From an uncultured Verrucomicrobiota bacterium (GTDB lineage Bacteria > Verrucomicrobiota > Verrucomicrobiia > Limisphaerales > AAA164-E04): a stretch of DNA of 64,000 nt. The notes under the pieces were generated by a model. That model was not told where the DNA came from and made no database searches. It was given only the letters and a program-made list of their open reading frames with translations. Location of the stretch: the NCBI GenBank assembly GCA_964342405.1, contig CAYFGX010000022.1:12411-76410 (forward strand), in the 5' to 3' direction. Every line of letters begins with the position of its first letter. Position 1 is the stretch's first letter. Below, one piece after another: positions 19,327 through 28,235 of the stretch. The position numbers and the translations under genes are program-made.

Positions 19327-20622
19327 ATGAACCCTTCAAACGCTGGTATCAATCGACGTCAGTTCCTTCGTGGAACCGGCGTTGCTCTCGCACTTCCTCT
19401 TCTCCATTCCATATGCCCACGAAGTGTCGCCGCGAAAGCGGTCGAGACGCCGCGGCGGATGTTGGCCATTTGCAATAATCTAGGCGTCCTGGGATCAGGG
19501 TTCTTTCCCGAGCAGGCCGGCAAAGGCTACCGCCTTTCTCCCTACCTTGAAGAAATCGCTGCTCACCGAGATGACTTCACAGTCCTCAGCGGCGTTTCGC
19601 ACCCCGGGGTTGATGGCTCTCACTCATCAGACGTTTCTTTTCTTACCGCGGCCCCTCATCCGGGAGGGGGTGGTTTTCGCAATACGATCTCTTTAGATCA
19701 ATTTATTGCTCGGGATATCGGACATCTCACCCGCTTCCCTTCACTCACTTTAGGTGTCAATGCCAAAGCTGGACGCCGCAGTCTTTCCTGGACCGAATCC
19801 GGAGTGCTCATTCCTTGCGAAAACAAAGCATCTGAGGTCTACAAAAAACTCTTTTTGCAGGGAAGCCCCGATCAAATCGAGCGACAGATTCAACGTCTCA
19901 AGCTCGGTGAAAGCATCATGGACACAGTGGCTGAACAATCGCGCTCACTGAACCGTCGCCTGGGTCGCCAGGATCAAGAACGACTCGATCAATACTTCAC
20001 CGCCGTCCGCGATGTGGAGAAACGACTTTCCAAGGCCCAATACTGGGAGCGCCTTCTAAAACCAGAGGCCCCGATCGCCGAGCCTGAAGACCCCCGCGAC
20101 AAAAGTGAGTACATGGAGATGACTCGATTGATGTACCAAATGGCGCGCCTCGCTTTCGAGACTGACTCCACTCGAGCGATCACCCTACTCCTCGACAGTA
20201 GCAACTCACCGACCATCAAAGTCGAGGGAACTAAGATCACGGACGGCTACCACAACCTCTCGCATCACGGAAAGAACGAACGGAAGCTTACCCAACTAGA
20301 CGCCATCGACCGCGCCCACATGAGATTGCTTGGGGAGCTATTCGACGACTTGAAAGCGACCGAGGAAAGTGAAGCGTCGGTCTTCAACAACACGACCATT
20401 GTTTACGGCAGCAATTTCGGCGATGCGAACAAGCACACCACCGATAACATGCCGATACTCGTCGCTGGCGGTCGCTTCCGGCACGGGCAACATCTCGCCT
20501 TTGATCGAGATAACAACTATCCCCTTCCCAACTTCTTCGTGAGCCTCCTCCAAAGCATGGGTCTCGAGCACGAGCGTTTCGCAACCTCAACCGGCACGAT
20601 GCGAGGCTTAGAGATTGGGTAG
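19327..20622 (+). CDS. DUF1552 (HXXSHH) protein with Tat signal
   Basis: NRRQFLRG..ALALPLL; YHNLSHHG; follows its DUF1592 partner directly. Confidence 0.9.
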   Translation: MNPSNAGINRRQFLRGTGVALALPLLHSICPRSVAAKAVETPRRMLAICNNLGVLGSGFFPEQAGKGYRLSPYLEEIAAHRDDFTVLSGVSHPGVDGSHSSDVSFLTAAPHPGGGGFRNTISLDQFIARDIGHLTRFPSLTLGVNAKAGRRSLSWTESGVLIPCENKASEVYKKLFLQGSPDQIERQIQRLKLGESIMDTVAEQSRSLNRRLGRQDQERLDQYFTAVRDVEKRLSKAQYWERLLKPEAPIAEPEDPRDKSEYMEMTRLMYQMARLAFETDSTRAITLLLDSSNSPTIKVEGTKITDGYHNLSHHGKNERKLTQLDAIDRAHMRLLGELFDDLKATEESEASVFNNTTIVYGSNFGDANKHTTDNMPILVAGGRFRHGQHLAFDRDNNYPLPNFFVSLLQSMGLEHERFATSTGTMRGLEIG

Positions 20623-20629
20623 CGACTTC

Positions 20630-20768
20630 GGTAGGGCGAGCGTACTCGCGAGCCACCTCCACGCACGCCATTACTACCGAGGATTATAAAATCCCAACAG
20701 TTAGCGTTATGTCTCTGGCGGGAAAGCGGCCCCAGGGCCGCTCGGCTCGCGAGTACGCTCGCCCTACC
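20630..20768. repeat. GTAG-type REP doublet (REPIN) with perfect 25-bp inverted ends
   Basis: GGTAGGGCGAGCGTACTCGCGAGCC (20630-54) is the exact reverse complement of 20744-68. Confidence 0.92.
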
Positions 20769-20778
20769 TTCTGCCGGA

Positions 20779-20812
20779 TTGACAGACTTATAGAACCCTA
20801 TATACTTCTTTT
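20779..20812 (+). promoter_or_regulatory. Near-consensus sigma70 promoter of the RAYT
   Basis: TTGACA (20779-84), N16, TATACT (20801-06). Confidence 0.7.
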
Positions 20813-21280
20813 ATTGAATCGTTCCGCCATTCTCGCTTCCATGTAAGAAAACATCCCTCCCGCGGGGTTCTCATTCCGTCTGAATCGGGTTGCATTGTAT
20901 TTCTCACAGCAACAACGGAGCGACGAAAGCCCTGGCTCGCAAGCCCCGACAACCACAAGCTCCTCCGTACAGTCTGGCTGAATTCAACTTCCTGGCTTGT
21001 CGGGCCATACTTGGTCATGCCGGATCATATCCACTTATTCTGCGCTCCAAGAGAACTCTCCTGCGAAATCGAAACCTGGGTTCGATTCTGGAAAAGGGCG
21101 TTCGCAATAGAGCACGGCAATCCTCACTGGCGATTCCAAGCTGCTAGCTGGCATCACCGCCTACGAAGCGAAGACTCGCGAGAGGAGCGGTGGCGCTATA
21201 TTCGAAACAATCCGGTGAGAGCAGGCCTTGTCCGGAAATCTGACGCCTGGCCCTTCCAAGGCAAGATCTTCGACATTTGA
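20813..21280 (+). mobile_element. REP-associated tyrosine transposase (RAYT, HUH/Y1 TnpA-like)
   Basis: The frame is open from 20783 and reads ..IVFLTATTERRKPWL..WLVGPYLVMPDHIHLF..FQAASWHHRLR..RYIRNNPVRAGLV..WPF. It has no ATG/GTG/TTG before 21011, but an in-frame ATT sits at 20813. REPs lie upstream and degenerate REPs at about 21285-21326. Confidence 0.88.
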
Positions 21281-21410
21281 CAACTAGGGCAAACGTTCCT
21301 CCATGAGGCTCGCGAGGGAATCTCGCAAAACCGCTCTCATCCCCGAAACCTCCAAGCTTGCCCTCCGTCCGCCAAACCATTCAAATACCACGCATCACCA
21401 ACATCGTGTC

Positions 21411-24281
21411 ATGAAGTGGTTTATCACAATCTGGTTGGCTAGCGTCACGGTTCTCAATGCCGAACGTATCCCTTGGACCTCGGGCAATGTCCAAGGTTCC
21501 CCGGAGCCACCGTCTCCCTACACCGTCGAGCGCCTGTTCCCAGAACTCGAGATTCAACGCCCCGTTGAGTTCATGTTTGCCCCCGGAAGCCAGGACCTTT
21601 TCATCGCGACCGAGCGAGCACAGATCTGGCATGTCGACACCACAACGTCGCCCGCGAACCAGCATCTCGTCGCCGACATGAAAGAACACTTTGAGAAGCC
21701 CGGTAACGTCCTCGGCTTCGCCTTCCATCCCAAGTTCGACCAGAACCGCTTTATCTTCATCAACTACAATGAAGGTGGGCAAGAGGACCTCGGCGCCCAC
21801 ATCGCTCGCTTCGAAGTCACGGAGGAGCGTCCCTACAAACTCATCTCAGAAAGCAAGAAAGTCCTCATCCAATGGCCCGCCGGAGGGCACAACGGTTGCA
21901 CCCTCGCCTTCGGCCCGGACGGCTATCTCTACTTCTCGACCGGAGACGGCGCCGTCCCAGACCCACCCGATAGCCGCTATTACACAGGCCAAGACAACAG
22001 CGACATCATGGCCTCGATTCAACGAATCGACGTTGACAGAGAAGCCGATGGCAAGCCCTACGCGATCCCGCCCGACAACCCGTTCATTAACCAGATCAAC
22101 ACACGTCCCGAAATCTGGGCATTCGGCTTTCGCAACCCCTTCCGGATGGCTTTTGACCAACGCTCTGGAGAGCTTTGGGTGGGCGATGTCGGTTGGGAAC
22201 AATGGGAAATGATTTACTACATTCGCCGGGGCGGAAACTACGGCTGGGCCGCCACCGAAGGGCCAAATCCCAGGGTCCTCACAGACATTGAACGAGCTCC
22301 TGGTCCCATCCTACCTCCAATGATGGCGCACCCTCACAGCGAAGCAGCGAGCATGACTGGTGGGCAGGTCTACTACGGAAGTCGTTACCCGGATCTTCAC
22401 GGTGCCTATGTCTACGGCGACTGGGAAACCGGGCGCATCTGGGCACTTCGCAATCGAGCGGACCAGATTGTATCGCACCGCGAGCTTTGCGACACCTCTC
22501 TGAAACCTGTGTCCTTCGCACTCGATCCCCAGGGCGAACTTCTGATCCTGGACCACAACAGCGGCATCTATGGCCTCGTTCCCAACGATTCAAAAACGAG
22601 TGATGCCCCCTTTCCCACCCAACTCAGCCAAACCGGCCTATTCAGCACGCTCAACCCACTCACGCCCGCCCCAGGGACAAGCCCCTACGAGCCCATCGCC
22701 CCCATGTGGAACGACCACGCCACAGCCGAGTGGCTCCTCGCGATCCCAGGTGACGGATCGATGGCCCGAAGAGGTGGGGTTCGGGATATAGCGGGTGACA
22801 ACTGGTTCTATCCCACCAACACGGTTCTTGCCCGCACCTTGAGCCTTCAACTCGACCTCGCTGATCCGAAAACGTCCCAACGCGTCGAAACTCAAATGCT
22901 CCACTGGGATGGACAAGAATGGAACCCTTACACTTATCGCTGGAACGAGGAACAGACAGATGCTGAACTCGTCGCAAAGGAAGGTAGTTCGACCCAATTC
23001 ACAGTGAGCGACCCATCGGCTGCGGGCGGCATTCGTGAGATCCCCTGGAAGTTTCACTCCCGATCCGAGTGCCTCCGCTGCCACAATGTCTGGTCCGGAA
23101 TTCCGATCACCATGAACCCACTCCAACTCGGACGGGGCGAAGGGAGCGAGCTGGAGCGATTCACCCAACTTGGCCTGATGGATTCCACGGAACCCGGCAG
23201 GCGCCGCGGTCGACGAGGAAATAGCAACACCCCTCTGGTAAACCCGTACGACGAAAGCCACCCAACTACCGCCCGGGCTCGAAGCTGGCTCCATGTGAAT
23301 TGTGGCAGCTGCCACATCTTCGGGGCAGGCGGCGGGATACAGTCTCAGTTCGATATCGGAAAACGCCTTGAGGACGCCCGCTCTATCAACGTCGATCCCA
23401 CACGAGGGACGTTCGGAATCTCTGCGCCAAAAGTCCTCGCCCCAGGTAATCCCTATCGCTCAGTCGTCGCCTATCGCATCAGCACCGAGGGCGCTGGTCA
23501 CATGCCTCAAATCGGATCGCGCCTCGTCGACGAGCGAGGAATCGCTGTCGTGATGGAGTGGCTCATGACGATGGAATCCGATTCGGATGCCCAAGAGATC
23601 GCTGACCGTTCATCAAAGGCGATCGCAACAAACGCCGAGGCTGACGTGACTCCACTCCTCCAATCCACGGAAGGTAGCCTCGCCTTGATGCATCGAGCCC
23701 TCGCAGAATCGGCTGACTCCACGCTCAGAACCTCCATCGCTCGACTAGCCAAAAGCGAAAACAACCCCTTCGTCAGTGGTCTATTCGAGCATTGGCTCGC
23801 CCCAGATGAACGGAAGGAAACCCTGGGAACGGATATCAAGCCATCAGACATCCTCGAGCTCGAAGGGGATCCACTGCACGGAGAAGAACTCTTCTTCGGC
23901 AGCACCCAATGCTACACCTGCCACCAACTCAATGGACAAGGCCGCCCCTTCGGTCCTGACCTAAAACTTTCGGCTGCTCGCTACGATCGCGAAGCCCTGC
24001 TCGATCAGGTTCTCTACCCGTCCAGCGCAATCGCTCCCGAATACACCTCGGTCTCCATCACCCTCGAGGACGATACCGAGATCTCGGGACTTGTCCGCGG
24101 GGAAACCGAAACGCAACTCACGATTCTTGATTCAAACACTACGGAACATACTATCGAAAAGGAGAAGATCTTCTTCCGCACCAACTCCCGCCTCTCAGCC
24201 ATGCCCGAAGGTCTCCTGGCTCCACTAAGCGCCCAAGAAGCCGCCGACCTCATCAGCTACCTCACGTCTCTCAAACGCTAG
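21411..24281 (+). CDS. PQQ-dependent sugar dehydrogenase-like beta-propeller fused to c-type heme domains
   Basis: GHNGCTLAFGPDGYLY, IPPDNPF and EIWAFGFRNPFR; CLRCH, CGSCH and CYTCH; C-terminal SAMPEGL. Confidence 0.88.
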   Translation: MKWFITIWLASVTVLNAERIPWTSGNVQGSPEPPSPYTVERLFPELEIQRPVEFMFAPGSQDLFIATERAQIWHVDTTTSPANQHLVADMKEHFEKPGNVLGFAFHPKFDQNRFIFINYNEGGQEDLGAHIARFEVTEERPYKLISESKKVLIQWPAGGHNGCTLAFGPDGYLYFSTGDGAVPDPPDSRYYTGQDNSDIMASIQRIDVDREADGKPYAIPPDNPFINQINTRPEIWAFGFRNPFRMAFDQRSGELWVGDVGWEQWEMIYYIRRGGNYGWAATEGPNPRVLTDIERAPGPILPPMMAHPHSEAASMTGGQVYYGSRYPDLHGAYVYGDWETGRIWALRNRADQIVSHRELCDTSLKPVSFALDPQGELLILDHNSGIYGLVPNDSKTSDAPFPTQLSQTGLFSTLNPLTPAPGTSPYEPIAPMWNDHATAEWLLAIPGDGSMARRGGVRDIAGDNWFYPTNTVLARTLSLQLDLADPKTSQRVETQMLHWDGQEWNPYTYRWNEEQTDAELVAKEGSSTQFTVSDPSAAGGIREIPWKFHSRSECLRCHNVWSGIPITMNPLQLGRGEGSELERFTQLGLMDSTEPGRRRGRRGNSNTPLVNPYDESHPTTARARSWLHVNCGSCHIFGAGGGIQSQFDIGKRLEDARSINVDPTRGTFGISAPKVLAPGNPYRSVVAYRISTEGAGHMPQIGSRLVDERGIAVVMEWLMTMESDSDAQEIADRSSKAIATNAEADVTPLLQSTEGSLALMHRALAESADSTLRTSIARLAKSENNPFVSGLFEHWLAPDERKETLGTDIKPSDILELEGDPLHGEELFFGSTQCYTCHQLNGQGRPFGPDLKLSAARYDREALLDQVLYPSSAIAPEYTSVSITLEDDTEISGLVRGETETQLTILDSNTTEHTIEKEKIFFRTNSRLSAMPEGLLAPLSAQEAADLISYLTSLKR

Positions 24282-24321
24282 GCGGTCGAACGAAAGCCGG
24301 CCCATGCCATTCCGAGTCTTT

Positions 24322-24349
24322 TAACGCGGATAGCACGGATTCTACAGAT
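24322..24349. repeat. Family-C short repeat (..CGCGGATAGCACGGATT..)
   Basis: The reverse complement resembles AATCCGTGTCATCC..TATCCGTGGTT at 25865-25892. Confidence 0.5.
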
Positions 24350-24429
24350 CAACTCAACCATGCGGGATGCGAGCCTTCTAATTCGCGAACCAATCGCCAC
24401 GAAAGATTCTGATCAAAGAGGAGCTTCAC
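24349..24429 (-). pseudogene. Truncated DUF5615 (PIN-like) toxin
   Basis: GTGA overlap with DUF433; reads VKLLFDQNLSWRLVRELE.. and stops after 26 codons. Confidence 0.8.
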
Positions 24430-24650
24430 CGCGAGACCGCCGACAAACGCCGTTCCCGATCGGCCGCGAAGGCCAAGCAAGCCCGAATATCCTCCACCGA
24501 GAGATCAGGAAAATCAGTCACTATCTCATCTTCACTCATCCCCGAGGCCAGATAGTCTAGCACGTCAGAAACCGTAATGCGTAACCCACGAATGCAGGGT
24601 TTGCCACTCCGCTTCCCGGCTTCCATCGTGATGACGTGACCATAATCCAT
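24426..24650 (-). CDS. DUF433 antitoxin
   Basis: GKPCIRGLRITVSDVLDYLASGMSEDEI..DIRACLAFAA; promoter TTGACG-N16-TAGATT-N6-ATG. Confidence 0.93.
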   Translation of the reverse strand: MDYGHVITMEAGKRSGKPCIRGLRITVSDVLDYLASGMSEDEIVTDFPDLSVEDIRACLAFAADRERRLSAVSR

Positions 24651-24992
24651 AGCTCTAATCTAGGAGATCGAGGGGTCTCGTCAATCGAATCCGATTAACG
24701 GCACCTCCAGATCTACTGAGCGATTACAGATTCCCTTCAATTCTTCCTCAAACCTGCTGGAACAAGCGGCCCCGCGAACGGAGCAGCCAAAGACCTACTT
24801 CCCAGAAGGCAGTATCAATCCGCGGCCTCTCCGAATCAAAAACTCGAGCGACCCAGATCACCCACTAATACGATACCGGGATGCAAGGAATCGCCCCGAA
24901 TCGTCCAAGGACGGAGGATGCCTCCCGTGGTTCAACTTCGAGAGCCCCAACATCCGTTGCCAGTCCGCCCGCATTTTGGCAGAATACCTCAA

Positions 24993-25322
24993 ATGCCGGA
25001 TCGAGACCACCAATCTACCGATGAAGCCAGCCTGGCGATGGCACGCCTCGTCGCGGAGAAGGTCGCAGCCGATCCGCAACTCATACGCGTGGCCCAAGAG
25101 AACCTGAAGCGCTGGATTGGGAAATCCAAAGGTTCAACTGCATCGGCACATCTTGAGTGGCAACAGATCCTCAACACCAAAAGCCCGAACGAGATCCTCA
25201 ACTTGCTCCGCAGCCCTACCGAAGAAGGACAACGCCTCCGGCAATCGAATCCTTTCGCCGGCATTCTCACTCCGCAGGAGCGTTGGCAGATCCTTTCCGC
25301 TCATGACTCGCCAACAACTTGA
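24993..25322 (+). CDS. Small helical protein, putative partner of the DUF6036 nucleotidyltransferase
   Basis: ..RLRQSNPFAGILTPQERWQIL C-terminus; overlaps the next gene; promoter TTGCCA-N17-CAGAAT-N7-ATG. Confidence 0.7.
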   Translation: MPDRDHQSTDEASLAMARLVAEKVAADPQLIRVAQENLKRWIGKSKGSTASAHLEWQQILNTKSPNEILNLLRSPTEEGQRLRQSNPFAGILTPQERWQILSAHDSPTT

Positions 25323-25824
25323 ACATGTCATTCGAGCCGCGGGCGCGATCACGAACACTGACGATCTCGTGATCATTGGCAGCCAGGCGATCTTGGCCCC
25401 ATACCCCGAAGCACCCGCCGAGCTTCTGCGTTCGATTGAGGCTGACATCTTCCCAAAAGAGCATCCGGAACTCTCGATTCAGATCGATGGCGCCATCGGA
25501 GAACTATCGCCTTTTCACAAGACCTTCGGATACTACGCCCACGGAGTGGATGCCGACACAGCCACACTACCGCCAAGCTGGGAAGAGCGACTCATTCCAA
25601 TCAATAATTCCAATACTCGCGGAGTGACAGGTTGGTGCCTCGAGACCAATGATCTAGCCTTCAGCAAACTCGTCGCCTCACGAGAGAAGGATCTCGAATA
25701 CATAAGAGACTTGATCAGGCATCGGTTAATTGATGCTGTCGTTCTTGAACAACGCATCACCGAGTCACACGTTCCGGATATTCACAAGAGGAACCTACGT
25801 CAAAAACTTCAGCGAATGCGCTGA
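25303..25824 (+). CDS. DUF6036-like nucleotidyltransferase
   Basis: MTRQQLEHVIRAA, VIIGSQAIL, SIEADI, DGAIGELSPFH..FGYYAHGV and SKLVASREKD. Confidence 0.78.
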   Translation: MTRQQLEHVIRAAGAITNTDDLVIIGSQAILAPYPEAPAELLRSIEADIFPKEHPELSIQIDGAIGELSPFHKTFGYYAHGVDADTATLPPSWEERLIPINNSNTRGVTGWCLETNDLAFSKLVASREKDLEYIRDLIRHRLIDAVVLEQRITESHVPDIHKRNLRQKLQRMR

Positions 25825-25957
25825 GTATCTGTCTGGGATAAGGAGGCACGCCACAGATCCCCCGAATCCGTGTCATCCTGTTATCCGTGGTTCAACTTCG
25901 AGAGAATCCAAGCCCGAGCGAAGCGCCAATCGCGATTCATGGTTTTTTCCGAGACGC

Positions 25958-26176
25958 CTAGAGCCGGAACTCTACTTCACGCTTGTCCGCCCATCTCGCT
26001 TCTCGAGTCGGGATCGAGTTAGGAAACCAGCTCCGCAACTCACGACATTTTCGCACCGCCTCAGAGAGGGAAATCTGCTGGGGCCTCCGCTCCAATCCAG
26101 ACGAATCAGGAAACTCTAGATCGAATGCCGAGCCAGATGGGCTTTCGAGATTAATTGAGTCGGGTGAAGGTGTCAT
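25958..26176 (-). CDS. Small hypothetical protein (possible orphan antitoxin-like partner)
   Basis: 72-aa ORF (DLEFPD..WFP..KREVEFRL). It resembles small genes I recall next to nucleotidyltransferases; not verified. Confidence 0.45.
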   Translation of the reverse strand: MTPSPDSINLESPSGSAFDLEFPDSSGLERRPQQISLSEAVRKCRELRSWFPNSIPTREARWADKREVEFRL

Positions 26177-26382
26177 AGAGTTCTTGGCCTGCCATTCGGA
26201 CGTAGTCCGCCAGTTCTATGAAGGAATGCTGACACGGCACCGGCACTGAGGCAAGAGACAACACAAGACGCATACGGTCGAAAGAGATCGAGCGCTTGGA
26301 ACACACGCCTTTGCTCGTTCAATCCCGTGCCCCCTGATCCGGAACGGTTCATATTCAAGCGGCACCTCAGGCCAATCCTTCT

Positions 26383-28062
26383 CTAGCGATCCCTCAATCG
26401 GGCTTCGACCATTTCCAAACTGATGGCCTCACCGGTTCCGTGCAGACCTTCAACGGTCGTCGCCATAAAGAGTGAGTTGTAGATGGCCTCTTCAGTGGCA
26501 TCCATCACGGCAACAAAGAATCGGCTTAGTGCGCCATTGGGCACTAGGGGAGGGCTCACGAGATTCCCATGCGACCAGTAAGGAATGCGGTAGGCTGTAG
26601 AAAAACCAACGACGTAATCTCCAGATCCATTGCTCATCGAAGCACCGGTTCGAGCCATGCCGTGCAGCGCGCGTTGCGCGACACGCTCTATATTCCTAAC
26701 GGAAAGTGGTGCGTCAGTGGCCACAATGATCATGCAGGAGCCGTCGCCCTCGGGCTGTTTTTCGGCCGCCTTTCTCGCCGACGCGGCATTCCCTATTGGA
26801 ACACCGTCCACTGACAAGAAACCTCCAAAGTTTGATTGCACAAGAACGCCCAAGGTGTAGGTCTTGCCATCCCTTGTATTTACGACTCGGGACGAGGTAC
26901 CAATTCCTCCTTTAAACCCAAAACACATCGTTCCGGATCCAGCCCCAACTGAACCTTCATCCACCGGCCCAGATCGCGCCGAACGAATGGCAGCGAGAAC
27001 CTGATCCTCGGAAACCCGAACTTCCCGGATGTCATTGAGGTAGCCATCATTGGTCTCCCCAACGACAGCATTCACCGAGCGAACGCGCTCATTGTCCGGA
27101 AGATCTAGGGTATACCCCACAAGCGCACTCATCACAGAGCCCACACTCAAGGTGCTGGTGAGTGCAATTGGGGTTTCGATGTTCCCCAGTTCGTTGACTT
27201 GCGTGCTGCCAACTAGCTTGCCAAACCCATTGCCCACGACGATAGCAGCCGGCACCTTCTCCTGGAAAAGGTTCCCTCCGTGAGGCAACACAATGGTCAC
27301 CCCGGAATGAACCCCCTTTCCTGAATGCAAGGTCGCGTGCCCCACCATCACACCACTGACGTCCGTGATAGCGTTCCATTTCGCGGTTGGAAGATCTCCC
27401 ACCCTGACGCCCAGATCCCGTGCTCTCTTCCGGACTACAAGATCCTGCTTTGGGTGACTCCGATTCTGTCGCGCCCACTGACCCCATACTCGCAGGTATT
27501 CCGGAATAATGATCTGACCATCTTGGTTCCCGTCCCATTCAGCAAACACGGCTTCGGCAAGCTGCCTGTCACCCTCGGGTTGAAAAGCGTTGTGAACGAA
27601 CTCCGAACGCTGAATCACACCGTCGCCATTGTCGTCCATTGCTTGGACAATCGCCTTCGCTTCATCGGTGATGATCCGGTTCAGAATATATTCAGATCGC
27701 GAGACAAAACCATCGCCATCTGAATCAGCTGCTTGAAAGATCCCGCGCCTCGCGATCGGCGTCATGTAGAAACCTTGATCAACGAACTCAACCTTAGAGT
27801 GCCTCCCATCTCGGTTCTGATCCAAGCGATCGAAGTGGTTCCCGTAGTCGGCGAGCTCGCGCTCAGAAACCCCCTCCTCCATTCGCGCTCCAAGACGTTC
27901 GAGCACACCCCTTCCATCGCTGATTTCATCCTCTTGGGCTCGAACACCTTGACCACTTCCAAATATCAACAGGGCGGACAAGAATAACGATGCAGGGAAG
28001 CTGGGCAGGTATGTAAATCCCATCAAAGGAAAAATCAACTCGTTCGCGTGCGCATCGGACAT
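26383..28062 (-). CDS. EF-hand domain fused to DmpA/P1 (S58) aminopeptidase
   Basis: Four DxDxDG-type loops, then RARDLG, NAITDVSGVMVGH, GNGFGK, ETNDGYLND, QSNFGG and GDGSCMIIVATDAPL. Start is 28062 or 28023. Confidence 0.85.
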   Translation of the reverse strand: MSDAHANELIFPLMGFTYLPSFPASLFLSALLIFGSGQGVRAQEDEISDGRGVLERLGARMEEGVSERELADYGNHFDRLDQNRDGRHSKVEFVDQGFYMTPIARRGIFQAADSDGDGFVSRSEYILNRIITDEAKAIVQAMDDNGDGVIQRSEFVHNAFQPEGDRQLAEAVFAEWDGNQDGQIIIPEYLRVWGQWARQNRSHPKQDLVVRKRARDLGVRVGDLPTAKWNAITDVSGVMVGHATLHSGKGVHSGVTIVLPHGGNLFQEKVPAAIVVGNGFGKLVGSTQVNELGNIETPIALTSTLSVGSVMSALVGYTLDLPDNERVRSVNAVVGETNDGYLNDIREVRVSEDQVLAAIRSARSGPVDEGSVGAGSGTMCFGFKGGIGTSSRVVNTRDGKTYTLGVLVQSNFGGFLSVDGVPIGNAASARKAAEKQPEGDGSCMIIVATDAPLSVRNIERVAQRALHGMARTGASMSNGSGDYVVGFSTAYRIPYWSHGNLVSPPLVPNGALSRFFVAVMDATEEAIYNSLFMATTVEGLHGTGEAISLEMVEARLRDR

Positions 28063-28235
28063 TCTCGGAGAATACCTCCGAGTGTTCCAAATGACGAGGC
28101 AGCATCTGCAACATACCGAGAACACTGGCCAGAAGGGGCTCCAAGCGCTTTTGTTTCTTTTTCGGTGTCAATCGACGAATCCACTGATACCCTCTCCCAC
28201 GAATTCGATCCCGACTCTTACGTGTTTCCAGGAAC

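Larger units (their letters stand above)
24925..25904. repeat. 20-bp direct repeat CCGTGGTTCAACTTCGAGAG flanking a two-gene cassette
   Basis: Identical copies at 24925-24944 and 25885-25904. Confidence 0.85.

Noticed and set aside
20813-21280. IS200/IS605 element with TnpB
   Set aside because: There is no tnpB. Flanking GTAG REPs and the NPVRAGLV..WPF tail fit a RAYT.
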